DNA of 64,000 nt from the human T2T-CHM13v2.0 reference genome, Homo sapiens. Each line of letters starts with the position of its first letter. Position 1 is the first letter of the stretch. A program made the position numbers and the translations under genes. The DNA lies in NCBI RefSeq assembly GCF_009914755.1, contig NC_060927.1; one strand, written 5' to 3'. Under the pieces are notes generated by a model. That model was not told the DNA's origin. It saw only the letters and a list, made by a program, of their open reading frames with translations, and searched no databases. This document shows positions 31,691 to 47,248 of the stretch, one piece after another.

Positions 31691-34631
31691 ATGTTTGTGG
31701 ATAGCTATTGGTAAATAAAATGACAGTTTAAATAGTTCCTTAGGGAAGCTTTATTGAAAAGATAACTTTTGTTGAGAATATAGTATCATTTAGGGTCAGC
31801 AAATATACCACCTTTCTGCTGTCATGCTCACCATCCTTCAAGCATAGCAGACATCACTGATCAATTACAACACACTTTCTGGTAAATCCTGATGTAGCTA
31901 TTCAATAGAGGTTCCAGGTAGCCCTTGCCTATCAATCAAAACTGGCACTGAAAATGAAATGAATTTGCCATCTTGGGTGTAGTAAAAAGATCTCTGGCCT
32001 CAAATTTTAAAGTCCTGAGTTGTAGCTGTATGAATTTAATAATATAAGGAGACTGGCCAACATTCACGGAGTTTGTCTCAGTCCTCAAAGTAGGTGACAA
32101 CAAATACTGCTGCTTTTCCTGTAAACTACATGAAAAGGTCCTGTGGGGTGAGACTTCTTTGTGTTCTACTACTCAATTACGGACAGAAAGGTAAGCTCAG
32201 AAAACATGTCTTTCAGCAGCATCAAAATTTGTGAATTTGCCTGAGGATTATACACATATTTTGCTGAGACTTGCAAAACTGAAACTAAGAAGAATGCAAG
32301 TACAGAAGGTATAAACTTTAAGCCAGAAGGGCTGATATTAAAATTTTACAGTCACATCAAATCCACATATCTTAAAATTTGTGAGGGTTCCCACCTCCAT
32401 AGGTTAGAGCCACAGCAATGTTCTCTGAGCAATGAAGAATCAATTATACCAAAAACTCTGGTTGATTTGGAACATGGCTTCTTTCTAGAACTTCTGCTCA
32501 TTTTGTATTTAAAAATACATATTAGTGTCATTTTTATATTTTTTTCTAACCTGTACTTTCTATAAGAACATGTGCATGCCACCTGAAGTTTTGCCAGTCA
32601 TAATACTCTAGCAGCTGGCAAAGGATTACTGGGTTTCAAAAGTTTTTTCTTTCTTAATTTTTCATCTCAACACATGATAATACCTTGCCCAAATAATCTG
32701 AGGGCATATTTTGTACAGTTGCAGAAAATATTTAGCTTTCTAAGTTTGTTGCACCTCTTTCAAGTAATTTTCTAACTTTGCTTGATGTTTCCTGAATATA
32801 AAGATCCTCTCTTGCACCAGCATTTGCAGAAATAAATTCCTCAGATTTGTGTCTTTAATGTTAACTATTTTATACTGTTTTGGAGAAGTTTCTGCACAGT
32901 TTTGTGTACATCTTGCAATAATAAAAATTTCAATGTCCAAAAAAACCCACTGACCATTATACAATTGCGAAATATGTCTTGGATATCCCGTGCTCTGTTT
33001 AGAATCATGTGGTATGCTGTATCACTCAATACACTCACTATCAACAGCACAGTGCTGGTAAGATGAACTGTGGACTCCAGAGTGAACCTACCTTAACTTT
33101 GTCTAATTAAAAAACAGACACTTTATTCTGGATGAAATTTTCATGCTCTTGATTTCCACAATATTATGATAAATAATTGGCATTATGCTAGTAATAATGA
33201 TTGCCTTTAGCATTTGATTACATATCTTACCCAACTACATATTTTTTCACTGCAGTCTTTCATATCAGTGCCAAATTATGAGAGCTACAGAGGATATTTC
33301 AATTTAATAAGTGGGAAGGATGCTAATTTTAATTCTACTATGTAAGTGTGTTGGCAAATGAGTCAAAATGGCACAAGTAACCATGGATGCTGGCACAACT
33401 TCTTTTACTCCAAAGAAAAATGAAGGCTGTATCTTCTCTTTAGCTATTGCCATTTTCATCTCACTCTCCTCCCTCAAGCTCTCAGTTTGAGAGGTTTAAG
33501 AAGAGTCGCAGGCGAAAGTTGTATGGTGGTGCTCACCACTGTTTAAGATGAGAATATGGTATCCCTAATATCCTTTTGGGTGCATGTATGAAGAATGCCA
33601 CGACACAGTGGCAAAGCAGAGCTACTCTTGTGGCCTAAACACTTGAGAAGCTGTGTTTGCATAGCTGTGTGTGTTGGGGGGGTGGCGGGGGGATGTAGGT
33701 GTGTGGTGCTCCATGATCTGATTGCTCCTGCTCCACCTACCCCTGCCTGTTAGGGTTTGCCATTTTGTTGCAATTTCCTACATAGTTTTCTCTTTTTCTT
33801 TGTTCATTGCTACTACCTTCTCATTGACTCCTGGAGTGTTCTCAGCTTTCTATGATACAGTATTGAAATGCAAACCTGTGCATTTGAAACCCCAAACAGC
33901 TGTGGACCTGTGAAGAGCAGTCCTCCAGAGTCCCTACAGATTTTTTAAAGTAAACTCTCCAACTTCTCCTACATGTATACATTTATTTCATATATATTCA
34001 GAATATATATGAAATATTATTCTGGTCCCCAGGGAGAAGCTGTAGCTCCCTAGACTCCACAGGAAGCTGTTCTGCCCACTGTTGGGACTACATGGAATCT
34101 CCAGGAACTTTCCTCTGGGTGGTCAGTAGGATTTGAATGTTTGGAATCAGTGTCTTCAGAAAGTGTGACTTTAACCAAGAGACCAGATAGTTTGGGTTTT
34201 TGCTTGTCCGTTTGTTTCTGTTATACTTAGATCTTGCCCTAAGGTGTTATGCATATTTTTGTCTCTCTCACCTTCACCTCTAATTATCACTTTGTCTCTC
34301 TCAATCAGCAACACAACTGTGGACTCTTTCATGTGTTGCATTTCCCAGCATGACCTAGCATTTCATATAACTGAGCTGAACCTCCTGTGCAAGACTTTAT
34401 TTTTTTTTTTATTTTATTTTTTTTTTATTATACTCTAAGTTTTAGGGTACATGTGCACATTGTGCAGGTTAGTTACATATGTATACATGTGCCATGCTGG
34501 TGCGCTGCACCCACTAATGTGTCATCTAGCATTAGGTATATCTCCCAATGCTATCCCTCCCCCCTCCCCCGACCCCACCACAGTCCCCAGAGTGTGATAT
34601 TCCCCTTCCTGTGTCCATGTGATCTCATTGT

Positions 34632-38484
<3,853 letters not shown>

Positions 38485-38487
38485 TCA

Positions 38488-39540
38488 TTAGTTGATGCAG
38501 TTTCTTCCTAGTCTCGATGGTCTGTACATTTTGGCATGATTTTGCAGCGGCTGGTACCGGTTGTTCCTTTCCATGTTTAGCACTTCCTTCAGGAGCTCTT
38601 TTAGGGCAGGCCTGGTGGTGACAAAATCTCTCAGCATTTGCTTGTCTATAAAGTATTTTATTTCTCCTTCACTTATGAAGCTTAGTTTGGCTGGATATGA
38701 AATTCTGGGTTGAAAATTCTTTTCTTTAAGAATGTTGAATATTGGCCCCCACTCTCTTCTGGCTTGTAGGGTTTCTGCCGAGAGATCCGCTGTTAGTCTG
38801 ATGGGCTTTCCTTTGAGGGTAACCCGACCTTTCTCTCTGGCTGCCCTTAACATTTTTTCCTTCATTTCAACTTTGGTGAATCTGACAATTATGTGTCTTG
38901 GAGTTGCTCTTCTCGAGGAGTATCTTTGTGGCGTTCTCTGTATTTCCTGAATCTGAACGTTGGCCTGCCTTGCTAGATTGGGGAAGTTCTCCTGGATAAT
39001 ATCCTGCAGAGTGTTTTCCAACTTGGTTCCATTCTCCCCATCACTTGCAGGTACACCAGTCAGACGTAGATTTGGTCTTTTCACATAGTCCCATATTTCT
39101 TGGAGGCTTTGCTCATTTCTTTTTATTCTTTTTTCTCTAAACTTCCCTTCTCGCTTCATTTCATTCATTTCATCTTCCATTGCTGATACCCTTTCTTCCA
39201 GTTGATCGCATCGGCTCCTGAGGCTTCTGCATTCTTCACGTAGATCTCGAGCCTTGGTTTTCAGCTCCATCAGCTCCTTTAAGCACTTCTCTGTATTGGT
39301 TATTCTAGTTATACATTCTTCTAAATTTTTTTCAAAGTTTTCAATTTCTTTGCCTTTGGTTTGAATGTCCTCCCGTAGCTCAGAGTAATTTGATCGTCTG
39401 AAGCCTTCTTCTCTCAGCTCGTCAAAATCATTCTCCATCCAGCTTTGTTCTGTTGCTGGTGAGGAACTGCGTTCCTTTGGAGGAGGAGAGGCGCTCTGCG
39501 TTTTAGAGTTTCCAGTTTTTCTGTTCTGTTTTTTCCCCAT
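38488..39540 (-). CDS. L1 ORF1p RNA-binding protein/chaperone, 350 aa (12-aa read-through extension)
   Basis: Uninterrupted MGKKQNRK...REKG...ARR...YPAKLS...NHAKM, then YRPSRLGRNCIN; the usual TAA reads TAC. Confidence 0.92.
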   Translation of the reverse strand: MGKKQNRKTGNSKTQSASPPPKERSSSPATEQSWMENDFDELREEGFRRSNYSELREDIQTKGKEIENFEKNLEECITRITNTEKCLKELMELKTKARDLREECRSLRSRCDQLEERVSAMEDEMNEMKREGKFREKRIKRNEQSLQEIWDYVKRPNLRLTGVPASDGENGTKLENTLQDIIQENFPNLARQANVQIQEIQRTPQRYSSRRATPRHIIVRFTKVEMKEKMLRAAREKGRVTLKGKPIRLTADLSAETLQARREWGPIFNILKEKNFQPRISYPAKLSFISEGEIKYFIDKQMLRDFVTTRPALKELLKEVLNMERNNRYQPLQNHAKMYRPSRLGRNCIN

Positions 39541-40438
39541 CTTTGTGGTTTTATCTACTTTTGGTCTTTGATGATGGTGATGTACAGATGGGTTTTCGGT
39601 GTAGATGTCCTTTCTGGTTGTTAGTTTTCCTTCTAACAGACAGCACCCTCAGCTGCAGGTCTGTTGGAATACCCTGCCGTTGTGAGGTGTCAGTGTGCCC
39701 CTGCTGGGGGGTGCCTCCCAGTTAGGCTGCTCGGGGGTCAGGGACCCACTTGAGGAGGCAGTCTGCCCGTTCTCAGATCTCCAGCTGCGTGCTGGGAGAA
39801 CCACTGCTCTCTTCAAAGCTGTCAGACAGGGACACTTAAGTCTGCAGAGGTTACTGCTGTCTTTTTGTTTGTCTGTGCCCTGCCCCCAGAGGTGGAGCCT
39901 ACAGAGGCAGGCAGGCCTCCTTGAGCTGTGGTGGGCTCCACCCAGTTCGAGCTTCCAGGCTGCTTTGTTTACCTAAGCAAGCCTGGGCAATGGCGGGCGC
40001 CCCTCCCCCAGCCTCGTTGCCGCCTTGCAGTTTGATCTCAGACTGCTGTGCTAGCAATCAGCGAGATTCCGTGGGCGTAGGACCCTCTGAGCCAGGTGTG
40101 GGATATAGTCTCGTGGTGCGCCGTTTCTTAAGCCGGTCTGAAAAGCGCAATATTCGGGTGGGAGTGACCCGATTTTCCAGGTGCGTCCGTCACCCCTTTC
40201 TTTGACTCGGAAAGGGAACTCCCTGACCCCTTGCGCTTCCCAGGTGAGGCAATGCCTCGCCCTGCTTCGGCTCGCGCACGGTGCGCACACACACTGGCCT
40301 GCGCCCACTGTCTGGCACTCCCTAGTGAGATGAACCCGGTACCTCAGATGGAAATGCGGAAATCACCCGTCTTCTGCGTCGCTCACGCTGGGAGCTGTAG
40401 ACCGGAGCTGTTCCTATTCGGCCATCTTGGCTCCTCCC
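39541..40438 (-). promoter_or_regulatory. L1HS 5'UTR: internal sense promoter, antisense promoter, CpG island
   Basis: CpG-rich ~39990-40430; intact YY1 motif CAAGATGGCCG (reverse complement at 40419-40429). Confidence 0.9.
39990..40205 (+). CDS. L1 ORF0 (antisense 71-aa ORF)
   Basis: ATG at 39990; MAGAPPPASLPPCSLISDCCASNQRDSV...VRHPFL, 71 aa, inside track ORF 39921-40205. Confidence 0.85.
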   Translation: MAGAPPPASLPPCSLISDCCASNQRDSVGVGPSEPGVGYSLVVRRFLSRSEKRNIRVGVTRFSRCVRHPFL

Positions 40439-41924
40439 AAGACTTTAATTTTAACACACTTTTGTGAAAATATTGAAAAGTTTGGTTCCTGTTTCTTCTC
40501 ATTGTCTCAAGGGCTAAATGTATTTAAAATTTTTCCCTGATGGCTTAGAATCACCTTTATGACCCAGCCATGGTATCCCTGTGTGGCTGTCTGCAGCCCC
40601 TCATGCTGCCTTTAAAACATGAATCTCCGAGAAGCTGGAGGGCTCACAGTACATGCTCATGAAGGAGCATGGGTCCAGGAGTCAGAGAGTCTCCTCTTGT
40701 CTATAAATTATGTCTTCTTGGTGGGGATTCAGGGAACCAAGAAGAAAACCTCCCAGGAGAGCCAGGAGAGGCTGTGATAGCACAGAAACGTGTGACCCTC
40801 TAAGACCAAGTTGCTAGGGTTGGAGAGTAAAAGAAGGAGTGGGGAAAAGGTGCCAGGCTCTTTCTGATATTTCTTCTTCTTGTCCCCTTTTTATCTCTTC
40901 CTCCTTTCTAGAACCTTCTGAAAGGCATGCTTGGTACCTGTTTCCAGTCCTGGGGGCCAGATTCTACTCCTAGCTTCTGTTTTGCCATGACCTTATTGAC
41001 ACCCCCTTCCTCTTCCTCATCTCTCATCTCCTGGGTTCTCCTTCTGCAAAGCTGGGTGGGCGGGGTTGGGTCCAAGCCAGCCAAATACAAGGCTGCTGAA
41101 TGCCACTTAGTTATATACAGGATAAACATTTTCAGATTTCACAGAAGAGTATTGTCACTTTATAAATTTTAAAGAAGGGGAAGCTACATCTATAAACCAA
41201 TAAGAAAAATTCCCCAACTTTTAGTGGGCTAACCTATAGGAATCCATTTTATCAATAAAATATGTCCTTTTTAAACTGCATGTTACTATCTACTAGTACT
41301 TTGTAAAATCAGTGCATTGAACTAAAAATTTTTAAATAATAGAACAGAAAATATCAGAGTGCCTTACACATAGTAAGAGAAGGTAATGTTGCATGGAAAG
41401 TTTGATTCAGTTAAATATATACAAAAGAATGGGTATATGTATGAGGTTACTAGGTTAAATGTATTGCTGACTGTAGGTGGTGGGCAAAATATTTGAGAAT
41501 TACTGAATCCTAACAATTGCACCTGGCAGTAAACTTGGACACTCATATGGGCCTCCTTTGGTCCTGGGAAGGTATCTGAAATGCTAGGTTCAACGTGCCC
41601 TCCTGATATTGCTGAAGAACCAGGTGGCTCTTTGAGCTCATGGGTGAAGTCCTGCACCTCTTCCAGGAAAATACTCACCTAAGACTTTAGATATGTCTAC
41701 AGGTCAACTTGGGGTTTTTCCTTCATTTTGCTTGGTAAATTAAGTAATGGGAGAAATTAGCAATCTTCTTTTGAAGACGAATGGATCCACCTATATAATC
41801 TCCCTTTTCTGTAAATGTGGCTGTGGGATCTAAATGTAGCTTCTTCTGGTCTTAGGAGGGCCATCAATGGCCATCTGTCTCTAACTTGGGCCATGTTACA
41901 GCTTCAGTGAAAGAGAATAACCTT

Positions 41925-42409
41925 GAGATAGTTACTTTTATGTGTCAACTTGACAGGCCATAGGATACCCAAATGGAACATTGCTTCTGGGTATACCTGT
42001 GAGGGTGTTTCTGGATGAAATTAGGATTTGAATCCATGGACTCAGCAAAGTAGATTGCCCTCCCCCAATGTGGGTGGGCATCATCTAATCCATTAAGGGC
42101 CTGAATAGAACAAAAGGCAGAGGAAGGAGGAATTTGCCCCCTGTTCATCTCCTCTCATATTCTCCAGCCCTCAAGCTGGGATTTATACCATTTCCTCCCC
42201 TGGTTCTCAGGCCTTTGAACTGGGACTGAATTACACAATCAGCTTTCCTAGGTCTCCAGCTTACAGATGGCGGATCATGGGACTTCTTAGCCTCCATAGC
42301 TGCATGAGTCAATTCCTTATAATAAACCTCTCTATATATGGATATAGATAAAAATAAACACTGATATCTCCTACTGCCTCTGTTTCTTTGGAGAACCCTG
42401 ACTAATACA
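41925..42409 (+). mobile_element. MLT2 (HERV-L) solo LTR
   Basis: TTTTATGTGTCAACTTGAC...CCCCAATGTGGGTGGGCATCATC...AATAAAC...GGAGAACCCTGACTAATACA. Confidence 0.88.
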
Positions 42410-43374
42410 GGCCTCAAAAAGCCTGTTTTTGATGCTGTTGGCTGGTGTGGTTAAATTTGGCCAAAAAAGCTCAGAAATATCTGTCATGTACTCATCATGG
42501 GGAGAGGCACCACCACCTCAGAGCTAGTATGTATAGTCTCTTCAAATGCGAGCTCTACATGTCCTCATAGTCAGGCTAAAAAAAATTTACTGAGAATTAC
42601 TGAGAATTATAGATACAACATCTGAACTTGTCTCCTTGGGCCTATGGATACCTATCCCAGGTACAATGGGTCATCTTCCATCAAGAACCTGTTGGCATTC
42701 AGGTTCTCAAGATGACCTCCACCTGACATTCCAGCAAGCATACAGAATTCTTCACTGGGTGCACACAGTGAACATTTAGAATATTTTACATGTTCCAAAA
42801 TCCAATGTAAGCTACACTTTAGTTATTAGGCTGATAGATTTTTAGAACTTTACTGTTCAAGTTGCCTCAGTGTAATAATCTGGGGGTCAAATCATTTGAT
42901 TCTGCAATATGCACAAAGACTATATTTGTGTTTTCTATACATGAAGATAGACTTTGGCATGCAAGCCAAAGATTCCTGCCTACTTTGATTTTTGTGACTG
43001 TGCCTCCATAGAAGCAAATGGCCAGGGAAGCACAAACCATCAAGCTCAGACCTATGTGAGACCAAGCCACACACTGATCCAGGTTACCAGGAAAAAAATT
43101 CAGAAAGCAACTAACAGTAGGAATATTATGATCAATTGGTTTAAGAGGTAAGACCTGGTTTGCAGGTTTCTGCAAGCAGCACCTACATAGACCAGGACCA
43201 CATTTTGAGTGTTTAATAACTTGGAGTTATTGGCATTCTTATTTCCCTTTGTTATTCTCATCATCCCTACATAGATCCCTACATACATCACTATGGGTGC
43301 ATGTTTTTTGTTATAAGAGATAACTATGAGCATGGATGGTTCAATATAAAATCTTGCCCATTTAAAAACTAAAT

Positions 43375-43720
43375 ATGGTTAGCCCTCCATATCTGTGGGT
43401 TACTTTCGTGGGTTCTGCATATATGAGTTCAACCAATCATGGATTGGAAATATTAGAAAAAAATTACATCTCTACCAAACACGTACAGACTTTTTTTGTT
43501 ATTATTCCCTTAAAATACAGTATAACAACTATTTACATAGCACTTACATTATATTATGTATTAGAAGTAACCTAGAGATGATTTAAAGTATATGGAAGGA
43601 TATGCATATGTTGCATGCAAATTCTACAACATTTTGTATAAGGGACTTGAGCATCCATAGATTTTGCTATCCCTGGGGGGGTCCTGGAAACAATCCTCAA
43701 CAGATAACAAGGGAAGACAA
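43375..43720. mobile_element. MER2-like TcMar-Tigger MITE
   Basis: GCCCTCCATATCTGTGGGTT...GTATTAGAAGTAACCTAGAGATGATTTAAAGTAT...GGGTCCTGGAAACAATCC. Confidence 0.8.
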
Positions 43721-44299
43721 TAGTTCAGTCTGTGCTTCGTACAATTGAGTCGTCAATTCATTGTTTAAAAATTTACAGTGTATATTACCTCAAGAAGAAG
43801 GAATGGTGTTATAAATGGGACTCAGTTATTTAAGCCCTCCTAGGTCCATCTTCTGACCCTAAGGCCCTGAGTGACTTGGATTCTCCAGTGGACATTCAGC
43901 AAATTTACTATGTCAGAGAATAGGTTTGTATCTCAGTGAGTTGACTGTATTTTAGAAGATTTTTAGGAGCAGGTTTTCTCACAATCTTTTTAATAAAACA
44001 TTCCAGCAATAGCTTTATTTATTTCTCTCCTTCCCACATGCTCAGACCTCTTGAAAGAATGGTTCCTCCATTCACAACTTAATTTTTCACCTTCTGTATT
44101 GGTTAGTGCAGAAGTTAAGTAAGCTGCTGTGACAAAGAGATCCAAAAATACAGAGGCTTACATCATTTAGAACTTCTTTCTTATCATGCAGCATTCCACA
44201 GGTGAGTGGAGCAGCCTTGCCAGGCAACTATGGTCCATTCAGGAACACAGGTTTCTTTTACCCTGGGTCTCCACCGTGACCTAGAGTATTGCCCTCATC

Positions 44300-44778
44300 T
44301 GAGTTGGGGATGACTCCAAGGATTTGACCTGAATAACTGGAAAAATGGAGTTGCCATTAGCTGAAATGGAAAGAGGGCAGAGAAGAACTGACTTTTAGTC
44401 ATGTAAATTTGAGATGCCCATGCTATGTTCAAGTTGAAATATAAGTAAGTAGTTGGATAAACAGCTGGGTGTTCAAAGGAGAGGTCCAGGCTCTCGAAAT
44501 GATTTAAGGAGTCATTAGTTACAGGCCTTGATGAGATCAATGAGGGAATGAACGTGTATTAAGAAAGAGAAAAGAACCAAGGACTGAGCGCTGGGTCATT
44601 CAAAAATGTGGAGGTTGTGAACATGAAATCAGCCAGAGGATGAAAAGGAATGATAAATAAGGTAAAGGAAAATCAAGAGAGGTTGATATTCTCAGTGCCA
44701 AGAGAAAAGCATGTGTCAAGGAGGAGGGGAAACTCAATTCAAATGCTGCTATGAGCCAAGTAAGGTGAGGACTGAGAT
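44300..44778 (-). mobile_element. L2 LINE relic
   Basis: ATGGAGTTGCCATTAGCTGAAATGG...GTTCAAAGGAGAGGTCCAGGCT...CAAATGCTGCT...GAGGACTGAGA. Confidence 0.75.
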
Positions 44779-46150
44779 ACAACAATTGTTCAGTAAACTT
44801 GAGGGATCCCCGAGCAAAATGGCCAAACAAGAACAGCTCCAGTCTGTAGCTCCCAGTGACACCAATGCAGAAGGTAGGTTATTTCTGCATTTCCAACTGA
44901 GGTACCTGATTCATCTCACTGGGACTGGTTAGACAGTGGGTGCAGCCCATGGAGGGTGAGCAGAAGCAGGGTGGGGCGTCACCTCACCCGGGAAGCACAA
45001 GGGGTGAGGAAGTCCCTCCCCTAGCCGAGGGAAGCCCTTAGGGACTGTGCCATGAGGGACAGAGCTATCTGGCCCACATACTATGCTTTTCCCATGGTCT
45101 TTGCAGCCCACAGACCAGGAGATTCCCTCAGATGCCTACACCACCAGGGTCCTGGGTTTCAAGCACAAAACTGGGCGGTTGTTTGGGCAGACACCGAGCT
45201 AGCTGCAGGAGGTGTTTCCCCGCGCCGCCCCCCCCGCCCCCACCCCGTGTGCCTGGAATATCAGTGAGACTGAACCGTTCACTGCCTTGGAAAGGGGGCT
45301 GAAGCCAGGGAGCCAAGTGGTCTATCTCAGTGGATCCCACGCCCACAGAGCCTAGGAAGCTAAGATCCACTGGCTTGAAATTCTCTCTGCCAGCACAGCA
45401 GTCTAAAGTCGACCTGGGACAATGGAGCTTGGTGCTGGGAGGGGCTTCCACCATCACTGAGGCTTGAGTAGGCGATTTTCCCCTCACTGTGTAGACAAAG
45501 CCACCTGGAAGTTCGGACTGGGAGGAGCCCAAAGCATCTCAGCAAAGCCTCTGTAGCCAGACTGTCTCTCTAGATTCCTCCTCTCTGGGCAGGGCATCTC
45601 TGAAAGAAAGACAGCAGCCCCAGTCAGGGGCTTATAGATAAAACTTCCATCTCTCTGGGACAGAGCACCTGGGGGAAGGGGCAGCTGTGACGCAGCTCTA
45701 GGGGTCTTTAGACGCTGGCTCTAAAGAGAGTAGCAGATCTCCCAGCACAGTGCTCGAGCTCTGCTAAGGGACAGACTGCCTCCTCAAGTGGGTCCTTTAC
45801 CCCTGTGCCTCCTGATGGGGAGACACCTCCCAGCAAGGATCATCAGACACCTCATACAAGAGAACTCCACCTGGCATCTGGTGGGTGTCCCTCTGGGATG
45901 AAGTTTCCAGAGGAAGGAGCAGGCAGCAACCTTTGCTGCTCTGCAGCCTCCACTGGTGACACTCAGGCAAACAGGGTCTGGTGGACCCCCAGCAAACTCC
46001 AGCAGACCTGCAGAAGAGGGGCCTGAGTGTTAGAAGGAAAACTAACAAATAGAAAGCAATAACATCAACATCAACAAAAAGGATAACCACGCAAAAATTC
46101 CATCCTAAGGTCACCAACAGCAAAGAACAAAGGTAGAAAAATCCAAGAAG

Positions 46151-47185
46151 ATGAGGAAAAACCAGCACAAAAGGGCTGAAAATTCCAAAGCCAAGAATAC
46201 CTCTTCTTCTCCAAAGGATCACAACTCCTTGCCAGCAAGGGAATAAAACTGGTTGGAGAATTCACTGGATGGAGTTTCACGAATTGACAGAAATAGGCTT
46301 TAGAAGGTGGGTATAAACAAACTCATCCAAGCTAAAGGAGCATGTTCTAACCCAATGCAAGGAAGCTAAAAATCTTGGTAAAAGGTTAGAGGAGTTGTTA
46401 ACTGGAATAACCAGTTTATAGAAGAGCATAAACGACCTAATGGAGCTGAAAAACACAGCATGAGAACTTCGTGAAGCATATACAAGTATCAATAGCTGAA
46501 TAGATCAAGCAGAAGAAAGGATATCAAGGATTGAAGATCAACTTAATGAAATAAAGCATGAAGACAAGATTAGAGAAAAAAGAATGAAAAGGAATGAACA
46601 AAGCCTCTAAGAAATATGGGACTATGTGAAAAGACCAAGCCTACATTTGATTGGTGTACCTGAAAATGACAGGTAGAATGGAACCAAGTTGGAAAACACT
46701 CTTCAGGATATTATCCAGAGGAACTTCCCCAACCTAGCAAGAGAGGCCAACATTCAAATTCAGGAAATACAGAGAACACCACAAAGATATTCCTCGAGAA
46801 GAGCAGGCCAAAGACACATAATTGTCAGATCCACCAAGGTTGAAATGAAGGAAAAAATGTTAAGGGCAGCCAGAGAGAAAGGTCAGGTTACCCACAAAGG
46901 GAAGCCCATCAGAATAACAGTGGATCTGTCTGCAGAAACACTACAAGCCAGAAGGCAGTGGGGGCCAATATTCAACATTCTCAAAGAAAAGAATTTCAAC
47001 CCAGAATTTCATATTCAGCCAAACTAAGCTTCATAAGTGAAGGAGAAATAAAATCCTTTATAGACAAGCAAATGCTGAGGGATTTTGTCACTACCAGGCC
47101 TGCCTTACAAGAGCTCCTGAAGGAAGCACTAACTATGGAAAGGAAAAACCAGTACCAGCCACTGCAAAAACAAACCAAAATGTAA
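46151..47185 (+). pseudogene. Decayed L1 ORF1
   Basis: ATGAGGAAAAACCAG start; fragments ENTLQDIIQ.NFPNLAR and KLSFISEGEIK...QPLQKQTKM; multiple stops and frameshifts. Confidence 0.88.
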
Positions 47186-47248
47186 AGACCATTGACGCTA
47201 TGAAGAAACTGCATCAACTAATGGGCAAAATAACCAGCTAACATCATA

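Noticed and set aside
39543-40467. Several overlapping GC-rich ORFs
   Set aside because: Expected open frames of the L1 5'UTR; only ORF0 has established support.
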